Source: Bugula neritina
Taxonomy: Eukaryota > Animalia > Bryozoa
Length of the DNA stretch: 64,000 nt
Reading direction: 5' to 3'
NCBI GenBank assembly: GCA_964035545.1
Contig: OZ037770.1
Location: 5,714,729-5,778,728, forward strand
Shown here: piece after piece, positions 1 to 12,978 of the stretch
How positions within the stretch are numbered: the first letter of the stretch is position 1
Layout: every line of letters starts with the position of its first letter
Notes under the pieces: model-generated
The model's input: the letters and a program-made list of their open reading frames with translations, nothing else
Databases searched by the model: none
Told to the model about the DNA's origin: nothing
Program-made: the position numbers and the translations under genes

Positions 1-3000
1 GGCACTAATGAATATTATTACATGCAGGCAGTGTTGGTAATGATTTATTGAAATAGGAGTTTAAAAACTGTTTAAACAACAATGAAAAGCCTGAGATTAG
101 TCCAAGGAGAGGGGTATTTCAAGCTAGCAGATGAGCAATATAGATGCGAAAGTCTTGCCTAAAAATCATTATTGTTATATCTAGTCATTAATTTCTTGCA
201 ATAGATCTATTTCACTATTGAGAAGAACAAAATTAGCTAGTAAACACTGTAATAGAGTCAAGGCACTTTGGCAGTGCTAGTTTAAAATAAACCTGGGATA
301 GTCGAATAGCAGAAGTACTTTTTGATGCATAATATAATTATGTACAGCTTAAGATTTTGCAATACTGTGTTTTCAGTGCGATATCAATTTCAATAGCTAC
401 ATTAAAATAATGTACAATTCTAGCAAGTGATGCAAAATCTTCTAAGATGCTATGACTGTAGCAGTTTGCTACTAGTCTCAAGTAACAAACCAAATAGCCT
501 TTCTTTGTGCCATCATCCAAATGCCAAACAAATAACTCATTCGCTCTGTAACAACAAGGTGGTCTCCCAAGTAGATTGTTAGACATTTCAGGCATTAATA
601 ACCAAAAGCTTTTCACTTTGGCATAATTGTATAGTTACCCAGTTAAATAAATAATGTATTCATGGTATTGTAATTCCAAGCCATGCATTTATCTGTGAAT
701 GCAGCTAAGTATTTAATACGGCCATATATTTATGTACTATGTAGCAATGCCTAATGTAGCTGTCAAGCTTCTACTTATACTCATTTTACTGATGCTTTAC
801 TTCTGATTACATGATTACAAACATAGCAGTTCAAACAAAATTATTTTAGATAGGAATAAATATAATGCTCCTAGCAAATGTTGTAAAACTATTTTCCAAA
901 AACATATACTTTGCAAAAAAACTTTTCAGAAAGTTATAATGCATTTATCATATTATTGTTTCATTTAAAAGTTATAATGATAGAATATTATACTTAAAAC
1001 ACACTCAAATTTTTAGATTCTTGTAATATTGTTAAACAAGAGTTAACAGTAAGATTGGCTGTAGAGTAGAATGTTTAGCTGTTTGTACTGAAGCTAACAA
1101 GTAACTGGCATTAAAAAGAGATGTAGATAAAAAGTGACAGAATAACAACTGGCTTGTATATTGGTAGTGCAAAAAGCTGTATATAACAGTTTAAACAAAT
1201 ACCCATTAGAATAAATGGTAACCCAGTACTTAAAATGTGGTATGTCATAATACATATTTGTGGTGTATTGACTAGGCTAGATCAACACATAGCACTATAT
1301 AATTGCTTTAGTATTTACAATTAGTTTGTGGTCTGGTGGGATTTGTTGATAGCCATTGTCTTTATTAACATAACAGTTTCATAAAATTAGCAGTTTTCCT
1401 TATTCACCTAGTTAATTTTTAAGATTTATGTACAATATTTACATATTAGGATATAAAAAATATCTTCAACCAGTGAATATCAAAATAATGATTAAAGACA
1501 TATTTTATGTCATATTTTTGTGGCAATCTAAATAATAAGCTGGTCTAAATTGTACTTGTGCAAACAGAACCAGCTCATGAATATATGTTGTCTTTTTTTA
1601 ACTTGACAGTTAATCTAATATGGATGTGTATTTTATACTTGCTTTTGTGTTTAAGGTGATAAAATTGCACTGGTAAGGTAAATAAACATTGCTTGTTTGG
1701 CATGCTTTTGCGTGGCATTGCATATTATGCTAAACTAATGGCCAGTTTTGCAGTAGCTTCACCATAACCTTCAAAAGAATGCAAATATCATCTAATTATT
1801 GTAAGCTTTTTAAGTTAATTTGTCTAGCTATAAACACATGTAAAACTATTAGGCTATTCCAATTTCACGATATACATAGCTCTATAATTCTGAAAAACTG
1901 CTAGGTAGAGTGGAAATTAAACATGATCTATTCATTGCTAAAGTATTACAGCTATGAATAATATATATGTGATTACCTGAGTGATATCACAATCTTCACT
2001 TGCTAAGTTAGTTTAAATACAGGAAAAAAAATTATTCTGGAGAAAGATTATATATGAGAAGCTGTTTTTGTAATAATTTCCTGCTCTAGGGTGATTTAGA
2101 AGAATTGTTTTAATGCAAAACTTTTGCATACATGAGTTGAATAAAATCATTGGGAGTTTTATGAAGGTCTATTTGTGTATAGGTAGCCCTAATGCATGTC
2201 ACAACTCAAGTTTTTAGATTTTATGTAATTTGTGATGCAAAGTTGCAAATAAAAACCTTATTTTAATAATACTTAGACATATGCAAGCAATAAAGATAAT
2301 GACAAAAATGCTATAGTTGCTAATTAGCTAATATTACTTGCATATAATGCAAATATTTGTACGCATGCATGTTTAGTTTATTAGCATTGGTTAGATATAA
2401 TTGAATATATAGATTTGATGTGGAAATTGAAGAAAATCAATATGTTGTGTTCTATATACAACAACAGTTTTTACATTGGTTTGTTAATTACTTCATAAAT
2501 CATTTATTACTTCATGCAATATTTGTTCCTGCAATTTTGCAGAGTGGCAAACGCATTTTAAAGACATATATTAAGTGATTTTAATTATACTAGAATTTTC
2601 AAACCAAGAATTTTTGGGGAGTTTTCTTCTTCCTAAGACATATGTGGCAATTGAACACATAATAAGTTGTAGGCCACAACTCCTTTATACAACCTTGCAA
2701 GAAATTATGCAGCCATTTAAATAGAAAAGGAATTATTGAATTTATTTATTCAACATTATTAGTATTTTATAAATATTTGTTGCATTTAATTAATGAGCAT
2801 AAAATTTGTTTTACAAATACTGTAATTAACAGCATGGTAAAAATATATTATATATACTGGTATATATTTTGTATTGTATTAGATTTAGGCTACATTGCTA
2901 ATTAAAATGAGTTAATGGCTAAGTTTAAATATCTTCGACTTATAGATTACATTTTTATGTGCTATAAAAATTTAACTCGTTTGTTACGACATTTCTCCAC

Positions 3001-5292
3001 GCATAAAAGCAAAACTTACGGCAAAAAATCCTTAGCTAGAAAGATAAATAATAATTTACTTTAATTACATCAAAAGCTAATATCAGCAAGCATTCTATAA
3101 ATAATGGGAATTTACCTAGTGTAATTTTTCTTAAACTAGCTAAGCTTGCTTGGTACTTTAATAAGTTTATTGGCATAGTGTATTATGTTATACTTATATA
3201 TTTTTAAGACTTTAAGGAAAATGATGTTTTAGCTGCGTTATTCCTAATGCAAGCCTTATAAATTTACAATATATACTAAAATATTATATTTGTAATTAGA
3301 AAGAAAACAAATTACTTTCATAAACTTATAATTATTGCATTCTGTTATTGTTAATGCTAGAATAACAAATTGAACACGGCATATGCTTCCCTAACCAGAT
3401 GCTTTTAAACGGATTAAAAATAATTTGTCAATTTCTAATTATGAGGAACAAACTCCTCGGTAGTTTCTACATTTGCGCATGATTTTATCAAGATAGGCTT
3501 GCTTTTGTGTCAACCTGTAGCCAGTGCAACTATACTTTATGTAACGAGTAAAACAGACTCATTTCAAAGTACACAGTCTAAAGGGTAGGAATTACTACAA
3601 AGAAAAGTGCCGGTTAAAAGTTAATTATAATTGGAAATAAGGTGAAATATCAGTCAGAAATTAAAAAGTGTCAACTAAAAAGGTGTATTGTTATTTCTTT
3701 TTGGCTTAATGAAAATGTTTTTTGAGGAAGAAGTACGAGAAACATTTAGGAGGGATTCATATCCACCACTGGCGACTACCTGTTTATTGATGAAGAACTA
3801 TCCAATGATAGTACAGTATTATGGTCTTTTGCCTTATAATTGGCTTTGATTTTTTTATGTCTAATTACGAGATACTAAACAGATGCAAAGTATGTTGTGC
3901 ATAGGCAGTTTTTTTATGTCTCTAAACAACATTCTAGGAAAATATATACTGCAAATAAGTGTGGTAGGTATAATTTTTGTTTTCAATTACATTAGGCAAG
4001 TAATAGGTATATATCATAAATTTGCTCAGGTAATTATTTTTATTTGCTTATATGTCACTCATAGTCAGCATTGACTATGAGAGTTTTCATTAAATTTTTT
4101 TGCTTTTATAAAATAATGAAACATTCATTTAAAACATACATATATTATAAATATGGTTAGTTGTATTTAAAGACAAAGCTGGAGCACTGACTAATAGATC
4201 TTTATAAAATTCATGCTTATGTCAAAACACCAGTAGATTAGATAAAGACTGTTTATTTTGGTGAAATTGTCTTCTCATGTAATAATGTAACAACATAATG
4301 GACTTTGCTCAATGCAATTAGTTTATTTATATATAATAGTGTTGATTGATACGAAGTAGGTTTCTACTGTTGACACGATATAATCAGCTCAGTATTACTT
4401 AGATGCAGTATTTTTAATCAATATCAGTAACCATGACTGTATAAATATATAGCAGCCATCTCTTAGCTCGCTCGGCTATGAAATTTCATAATAGAGTTGT
4501 CTTCTCACATATCATTTCATTGCTTTGTCACCTTTCTATTAAACAACTGCAATCTACCTTTTTCTAATTGTTCTTCAATGATAGCGCGAGCACCGTTTTG
4601 AAAATAACCTATAGTCTTTTTAGTTATGGGTATAATTCCTACTACATTATATAAATATCGTTATAATTCACCACCACAAAATGAGCTACCTCCGTATATA
4701 TACATATATATTAGTTTCAAGGTCGTTATATTTTTTGTATGCATAAATATTTACATGCAAAAACAATAGTTGAGAAACTTCCAAAGAAGTATATTGGTGA
4801 AATACTCGTTCTGCCTGAAAATTTTCAGTCTCACATTCTGCTTTCGTGTTATATACGGTGAGAAATATTCAGTATGTTTCAATATTATCAAGCTAATGCC
4901 TTAAAACTTTAAATTTCATCTATCAATGCTGTTTGTATCACTTAGTTCAAAGAGGATGATACAGTATTGTTACAGATACTAGACTTATATTACATATTTC
5001 ATAAGAGTGTTATTTTAAAATTTATAGTATGCAACTTTTATTTGAAAGCATCACTCAACACCATATTGAAGAACTCATTATATAGACCAATTAGTATAAG
5101 TTGCATCATATAATGCAAAATCATTTATATAGCTTATTTCACTGTTTATCCATTTTCAAACAACTTGATAATGCAATTCCAAATTTAACAAAACAATATT
5201 ATTTGACACAAAAAACCATTATTTATTTAAAATAATAGAAATTTATTTGTATATATATATAAATGAAGAAAGCAATTTAAATTAACAAAACA

Positions 5293-6600
5293 TTAATTTT
5301 CCTCGTAACAGCGGAGCTGAGGGTTACCAATTTTCTTGCATCTTGTTCTTTTACAGCATGGCTCACCTTCACTACATAACTCTGAAAATATGTAGGTAGA
5401 AGTTGGAACATATATGATATTATAATAAGACAAGCAGTTGAGGTAATATGCCATATTTTAATATCAACTATTGCATGTTGGAATCTATCTCAACAAGTGC
5501 TTCATAAATACTATATCAACATGAACAAAGCTTTGCTGTTTCATGGCAGCTATAATTTATAGCTGTACATACAGTTATAATCTGTTTTGTTATTGTAAAA
5601 TGTAAAATAAAAAATATGTATAAGCGTTTTTACTTGTTTAATTATTGCAAAATATATTACAAGATATGCTAAAGCTATCAACACTATGCTTTTTGCTTAT
5701 GTATAAAATTTTGAATGTGCTGTAAAATATGAAGTTAGTTTTCTCTCACCAAGCCAGCCTTTGCATCTCATCTGCTTTACTTCTTTTAGTGTTCCCAGAA
5801 CAGATCTTCCATATCTGAAATTGAATCATAGACAGAAAAGATATTAATTCAGGTCAAAATTATATGATGCTAATTCTGAGTCTTCAATAATACATGCTTT
5901 ATATAAGTATCTTTAAGAAAACATTTATTAAATAAATATGGCTATATATAATAAAGTCTTACAAAATGACCAATGATTATTTCTAATATAGCTGCCATTC
6001 AGAAATGTATATATGCAATTTTAGAAACTAAACTTATTCTATTTTTACTGCTTGCAGTTTTCTTGTCACTTTTCAAGTGATATAATATACATATACAAAA
6101 CTCAGCAACCTATCAAAGTATACATATTATATACTCAATAAATCATTGCAAACAATTGGTTTTTTTAGCAATAATCTCCAAAAATACAAACCCAACTTAA
6201 AAAATAAAAAATCAAATAATCAACTAGAAGTTACAAGTTATAATAACTGCATGGTATGTTCTATAATCTCACCGCAATACACGAAAAGAATATCTTCCTT
6301 CCGTGGTTGTTTGATAAACTCTTTCTACAGATGAACAAAATCAAGAACATTATATAAATTTAACGTATGCTGTCTACGAACCGTTTGTATGTACCTATAT
6401 AAGTGAAAACAACGTCTTTTTTGGTTCTTACTGCCAATACTTATTCCATTTGTTATATACACCTATTATTTATGTAATAAAAGCTTAAACTTTAAATTTT
6501 TACCGCAAAGTTTTTATGAAAACAATTTACCTTTTCTAGTAGAATTCACACAGCACATACTCAAAGCTATTATTAATAACAGGCAAACAGAAGTTTCCAT
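5293..6600 (-). CDS. Secreted knottin (ICK) peptide precursor, 91 aa, 4 exons: 6600-6531, 6324-6273, 5814-5750, 5381-5293
   Basis: All three introns are GT-AG and phases fit (70+52+65+89=276 nt). Translation: METSVCLLLIIALSMCCVNSTRKERVYQTTTEGRYSFRVLRYGRSVLGTLKEVKQMRCKGWLELCSEGEPCCKRTRCKKIGNPQLRCYEEN*. Hydrophobic N-terminal signal peptide; C-x6-C-x5-CC-x4-C-x9-C framework; AATAAA on the minus strand at 5242-5247 and 5222-5227. Confidence 0.85.
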
Positions 6601-7816
6601 TATAAAATAATTAGAACTATGTGCCTGCAGCTGCAATATAATGCTATGTACTCCACAACTATACTGCTATGTGCAATATCTTGTGCAATTAGTCACTATA
6701 TTGTTTGTTTTATACGATCTCTATACCACATGCAGAGTACCTGTATATATATAGCTCATATACATTCCCATCCACTAATCAGATAATATTGTGCCAGTAA
6801 ATTGAAGAATATATATTAAACATCCTGTTTTCAACTTTGGTAAATTGGTAATTTATAGTACTACTTTCAATTGTGTAATTACAATACAATAATTATTGTA
6901 TAATTGTTTGTGATATAAGAAGGAAAAATATCATGCTGGTTGTTATATAATATAAGATATTATTACAACTGGTTATAGACAAACCGGCAGCAGTCATGTA
7001 GGGAGATTTGTAAAGCAGAACACATATAGGTTGTGCTCGTAGTTGTTTGACGTTTTATTGGCTTGAAAATGAGTGCCTCTGCATGGTGATAAACGCGACA
7101 TTCTAATATAAGGGAACAACTTTTATGATAATATTTACTTTTGAGTAAAAATGACAATAAAAGCTTTACATAGCAGCAAAATCAAGTTGAATGTTTGGTA
7201 TTTAATAAGTGAAGTGATACGGTGTCATGGTCATAGCCAGTTTTGTTCAGATTCCTTCTATATAACATCACCATTGTGCTATATATTTTATCATATATTA
7301 GGGATGCCCTATATAATAGTAAAATTTGACTTCAGCTCATCGGGCCACAGCATCCGCTTATTCCAAATTCCTATATATAATGATTTTTCACACAATGAAG
7401 TCCCGATGGTTACTGCAGGCAATTGCATGCTTTTAGACATTTAAAAGATGGTTTTCTACTCTATTTCGCATGTGTGTTCAGAATAATTTTATTTCTTATG
7501 CCTTTAATGAGGGGTTACAACAATGTAGTCTGAGGGGCTGCATCTGGCCCTGGGGCTTCCTGTGGGACAGCCCGGACCTAATTGAACTTATTTTGAGTTA
7601 CTTATCAATTATCTTGCATGCCATGTATAAATTATATGCTGCATCATCAAAAAGGAATCTCTAGAAAAGCTTGAGATGATAACTCTCGAAGATTAAAATA
7701 GCATGCCATCACTATAATATTATTTTAATCTTGTACTACATAAAAAGTAATACCATAGTTTGAAAAAAATATGTGGCAAGTGTTGACTATAAAACTTATT
7801 TCATCTGTTTATTGAA

Positions 7817-8237
7817 TAGATCATGGAACTATACAATAGTGAACCTTTATTTAGGTAAAGAGTAGATTACTCCAAGTTCAAATGAGTTTAGTAATTCTCT
7901 CGCTTATATATGAAACTGTATATTATGTGCTAGTTTATTATTTGCAATGATGGTGGTTGAACTTATAATAGCAATTGGAATTAATTGTGGTGAACTGAGA
8001 ACATTATCTACAAGAAAATAGCACACTATACGTAATATATTATATTATACTATCTAAAAGTGACTGTGACCCAAAAGTTTAACTTTGGTAACTATAATTA
8101 ATGATTAATTTGTATCTACATAAATCACTTCAGAAATCGGTGGTTTGCATGTGCATAACCTAGCTGTTAGACAGTGACACCTGCTCTATAAACATGTTCA
8201 GTTTTATTCATTCAGCATTTGTTTTCTCTTGTAACTT
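7817..8237 (+). repeat. Degenerate dispersed repeat, copy 1 (unclassified)
   Basis: Colinear with 12043-12477: shared blocks TAGATCATGGAACTA, GTAGATTACTCCAAGTT, AGTAATTCTCTC, TTAACTTT.GTAACTA, TTCTCTTGTAACT. Confidence 0.7.
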
Positions 8238-8928
8238 ATTTCCAAAATAATTGACTCGAGTAATTCTTCAACGATGGAAAGCTAACTTTTTGCTAAAGTG
8301 CATTTTTTATATAAAATTACCAATTTTGTAGGACCGACTATTTTTAATATTACATCAAAACAAAATGTGCTTATACATAGTTACTGGTTTATTTATAGGA
8401 TTTTACTAAAATGATGTGAATGACAAATTGCTTAATTTATGATAGGCTATAATCAAATCATTAAATGTCATCAAACTAGCATTGTATGCGTTATACATAT
8501 ATAATAGCTAAAAGCCTTAATTATCGATAACTAATTATTTTATCAACTCTTTATTGTTGTTTTTCTAAAATTAGCGCGACAATTAGAAGTACAGATTATC
8601 ATAACTAAATTGAGAACACACGAAAGCGGTATAAAAAGAAATCACAATCTTCAATTACAATTATTACATGAGCTGGTTATAGCTGACATGAAAATGGAAC
8701 TAGAAAACATATTACAAGTATAATATGGCTGATGATGAGCTTTCATGATTACTGCTATAGCTGGAAGTAGAGAATTTTTCAAAGATCAGATTCTTATTTA
8801 TATTAATTAAATAGTTGAAACGAGTTATTTAAAAATGCTACAGAAGAGTAAAATAGCCTATATAGTATAACTATATCCTTTTTCTATTTCTAAAACCCAT
8901 GAAAGCACAGTTTAGTTTTATATTCTAG

Positions 8929-10214
8929 AGTCTATATAAGCAGTGCTGCAGAAGGTTTCTATTTACCAAGACTAAGGTAAGTATAGGAGTTATAATTTGA
9001 AAGTCTAGTAAATATCTTTGTTTGAGCAAGCTTTACATTTAAACTACTTTTTACCAATCAGCTCATGATTTTAGCAGCTGAATTTACTGTCTCTGTTCAG
9101 GCAAGCATTGTTAAACCAAATCATTTTCTCATGGAAACTCTAAATTAACAAACTTCATTGCAAAATGTCAATATTCTCTCAATAAATTCTCATAAGTCAA
9201 ATACACTGCTTTATTTTTGCAGGAAACATGTTGATTATTTAAATTTTACTTCGCTAGGCAAAGGTATCTTTATAACTATAAGTATTTACAAAGACATGGG
9301 TGAAGCTGCCGCAAATGGTTTGGTAAATTAATTGGTTATTAATAAACCAATTTCAGAGCTGAATATAAAGATAGTTTGTTATAGTGCTTTATGCATGTTA
9401 GCTAGTTTGTTATGTTTCTAAAACTGAAAAAACTATTTTTGGAGCTTTCATATATACAATTTTAAAAGAAAAAGTAAGTTTCAGCTATAACTTGGTAGTT
9501 TCATTGCAACTTATACATAGGTCAAAACTATATTTATGCAAAAACCTTTTTCCAGTGATACGTGTAGCTCAATTAATTGCCACCATTTATTTCGAAGTAG
9601 CAAAATGTAGGTAAAATCATTGACATATAAAACGAAAATAATGACAGCGAGTCGTTGGATCATAAATTAAAATCATTTACTTGAATAAAAGACAAGTAAA
9701 CGTCACTTTAGTAAAAAGCATCAATCACTTCTTTTAACTTCATTCTAACATCATGCAACGGTTGCATGGTGTTTGACCAGTTGTTTTATAAAAATCTTGC
9801 GAGAGTAAATCTAACTTTGACAAACAGCTACAAAGAGATATAAGTGGACGTATTATGGTACTGATCATTAAACTTCTATAGCCCATGATCTATACCACAA
9901 TTATCAACCATGTGCATGAAACTGTTATTGCTTATTGTTTTTATTTTAAAGCGACTATATAACTTTTAGGTAACACAGGCTTTCTGTAAATTAATCTTAA
10001 TCTGAGTTTTAAGTCAATTAGAATAATTAGGTATGATCTTAACAAAAGCACAAAAATGTTTGAATTTTGGTACTTTTATTGTATATTTAAATTTCTAGGA
10101 TCTTGTGGACTTGATGATGACCGCTGCATGTGGAGATGATTTGCACTGCTCAAAGGTTCTTAATTCCCAAAGAGCATATTGCAACAGCTATTCAAAATTT
10201 TCATTTAGGTGGAG
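8929..10214 (+). CDS. Putative internal exons of an unidentified gene (8929-8976, 9223-9322, 10099-10214)
   Basis: Three segments have pyrimidine-rich AG acceptors and GTAAGT/GTAAAT/GTAATT donors. They join in phase without stops: VYISSAAEGFYLPRLRKHVDYLNFTSLGKGIFITISIYKDMGEAAANGLDLVDLMMTAACGDDLHCSKVLNSQRAYCNSYSKFSFRW. I did not find start or stop exons and recognise no family. Confidence 0.35.
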
Positions 10215-12042
10215 GTAATTAGTTTGTTGATGAAAAAAGCTCTGGAATAAAACAGGCAGGAGCATATAAGTGAAAAGAAAATTTATTTTGGTAAATGTTG
10301 TATTCAGGTAACAATAAAAAACACTTAATTATATCAGTTATATAATGAACTACTAATTGATGACACATAATCAACTCAAGAACCTAGCTACTGATAAAAT
10401 TAATGTTTGAAACTGGAACTTGAAACTTTCTTGCTTTTAAGAGAGAGGGAGTCTGGCCGGTAATTATAAAGAAATGCATGCTCTTAATATCATGTAAGTA
10501 TTTAATTCTGAAAAACTAAAGGCATATAATAAATACCTATAATATAAAACAAATTATAAAATAATGTACCATAAGAAGACAACTCTCGTATTTATTTTTT
10601 TACGACAACAGAGACATACAATGGAGACCTATATTCTACTATTTGTAGAGTAAAGGCATTAAATTTGTGATATTGTGATTTCACTAGTAATTTCTTTATT
10701 GAATTATCTAGCAGGCTGACTTTGTTGTGGGTTGACTAATGTGCGTCTCTTGATTCCACAAAATTCTAACAAACTTAAATATTAACACTGAATTATGCAC
10801 CATGCAAAGAGATTATAATAAAATAGAAAACTATGCTTTATAGTTGCGGTTTAACTAATTATAAATAATATTTTCAACTCTCTATATTGTATTGAAACCC
10901 AATTATCAATTGATAAACATTTTTTGACGGGTTTCGCCTTATGCATTCATTTTATTATTGATGACTCATCATTGTAGAATCATCAATAATTTACTGCAAT
11001 TACAATAAGATATTTTTGGGAAAGTCCACTATGTATAGATGTAGGAAGTCAATTGAATGGAGAGCTTCATCTCCTTCACTGAGTTCAGTATTTTGAAACA
11101 ATGATTTACACGTTGAAAACAGAAAAGTATACCTAATTTGAAAACCGAAATTAGTTAGATTTAACTGAAATGAAAGGAAAATTGCTAATAAGTCAGCAAA
11201 ACATGGATGAACAGTGATTCAACAATGTTAGTTTGTCTACAGTTACTATCTGCTATAACTAGTACAGGCAGGTTAGAATATCTTTGTGGAATAGCTATTA
11301 GTTCACATTTCAGTTTGAAATAAAACACAGCAAATATAACTTAAACATTAGTTTTGTCTTTGTGGCTGAACTAAAAATTTTATTTATTATATTGAAACGG
11401 CGTAAAAGTAGGTTTATTTATACTGCATGCCATGAAGTTACATGACGTGTGCTGATAACTCTTGATTACAACTATAGACATGTTTTGTATAATTAAAGGT
11501 CATAATAAAACTGAATTACAGCCTGTTTTTTGTGCTGACGTAAAATCAAGACAAGCTCAGCTTGCAAACTTCGGCTCATTTTGTTTTCATGGCAATTGTT
11601 TTTATAAATAAAGCATGCCTAATCAAACAGCATTGTTTGTTGTTCAATAGATTTCTATATAAACTACAATTATAGGAGAAAAATCCCAATAATAAATAGC
11701 TATTTCATTGGTTAGTTTAACTAGCCTGACTGTCTATAGGGTATATTTGTATGAATACCAAAAATAACACGCCTTTGTAGTATGCAATTGCCATTTTGAT
11801 TACCAATATAAAATTTAAAAAACAATTTTACTCCATATAAAGGATGCAATTTTTTATGCTTTACCATTTTTTTCAAATGGAAAAATAACAATTTTAAGGA
11901 TTATATTTAACTTGAGCAGTATATTATAATTTCCAAAAATGTACCAAGTGTAGATCTAACATACAATTTTCCATTTATATTCTTTTATATCTGCTTTTCA
12001 AATTTTGATTTTTTTTGTTTATTGGGCAGCTGCCCAATGATC

Positions 12043-12477
12043 TAGATCATGGAACTACACAAAAGTAAATTTTCATGAGTATAGGGTAGATTACTCCAAG
12101 TTTAAATAGGTTAAGTAATTCTCTCTGCTATATGAAGCTGTAGCCTAATGTCTAATTGTGGTTAAAGTAATAATTATATTGAACAACTATTGTGATGCAT
12201 GAACCCAAGAAACAAATTTGTGCGAATGCACGCAGTGTATAGAATCAATATCTGAAAATCATTTTGGCATAAAAAATTTAACTTTCGTAACTAATTTATG
12301 CCCAATTTGTAACTATAAATAACTTCAGAAAATGCACGAGCTGTGTAGAACTTATAAATTTTGTTAATTTGCAGTAAAGCTCTCTGCTGGTGCCTATAAT
12401 GATGTTTAAACAGCGCTACTTGCTCTACAAGAAAAATTCAAATATATCCAGTTGGAATTTGTCTTCTCTTGTAACTG
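12043..12477 (+). repeat. Degenerate dispersed repeat, copy 2 (unclassified)
   Basis: Direct-orientation homologue of 7817-8237; preceded by a perfect 18-bp palindrome at 12021-12038. Confidence 0.7.
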
Positions 12478-12978
12478 AAGTAACTATCACTCTCATAACT
12501 ATAACAGATTTCTCATTTATTTGAACAGGAAAACTTAAAACCTTAAAACCTTAGCCTAGCCCTTTCCATCAAGGGTTTATCACAAGAATAAATAAGGGAC
12601 TATATAAATTTGCATGAGCTTTTTTTGTAAAATAATGCAATAAATAATATCAATACTTTGTGGTTATATGGTGTAACATAGAAAAATAATAACAATTTAA
12701 TACAGGATCATCTGATATAGAAGAACATAGCATATGATATAACACAATGCTTAATAATACAAAAGAGTTGTGATGTGCATATTCTATATTTATTATTTCA
12801 AAAATAGACAGCAATTGGTTGTTATTTTTATCAGGTAGAAAAACTGTTCAGTTTCAAAACACACAGTTTATACAACATAAAATGATTCAGAATTTGTGCA
12901 AAAAGCTATGAAGCTTGTCAACAAAGTTGCTATTTATGGAAGTTTTTAAAAAAAAATGCAACAATTTGTTTCAAAATT

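Noticed and set aside
338-4074. Short ORFs in the first 4 kb
   Set aside because: No domain motifs or consistent splice structure.
7151-7444. Possible Tc1 transposase relic on the minus strand (WNKRMLWPDELK)
   Set aside because: One short motif resemblance only; no TIRs or further DDE motifs.
10925-10975. Possible minus-strand hammerhead (..GGCGAAACCCGTC)
   Set aside because: No correctly placed CUGANGA box or helix I.
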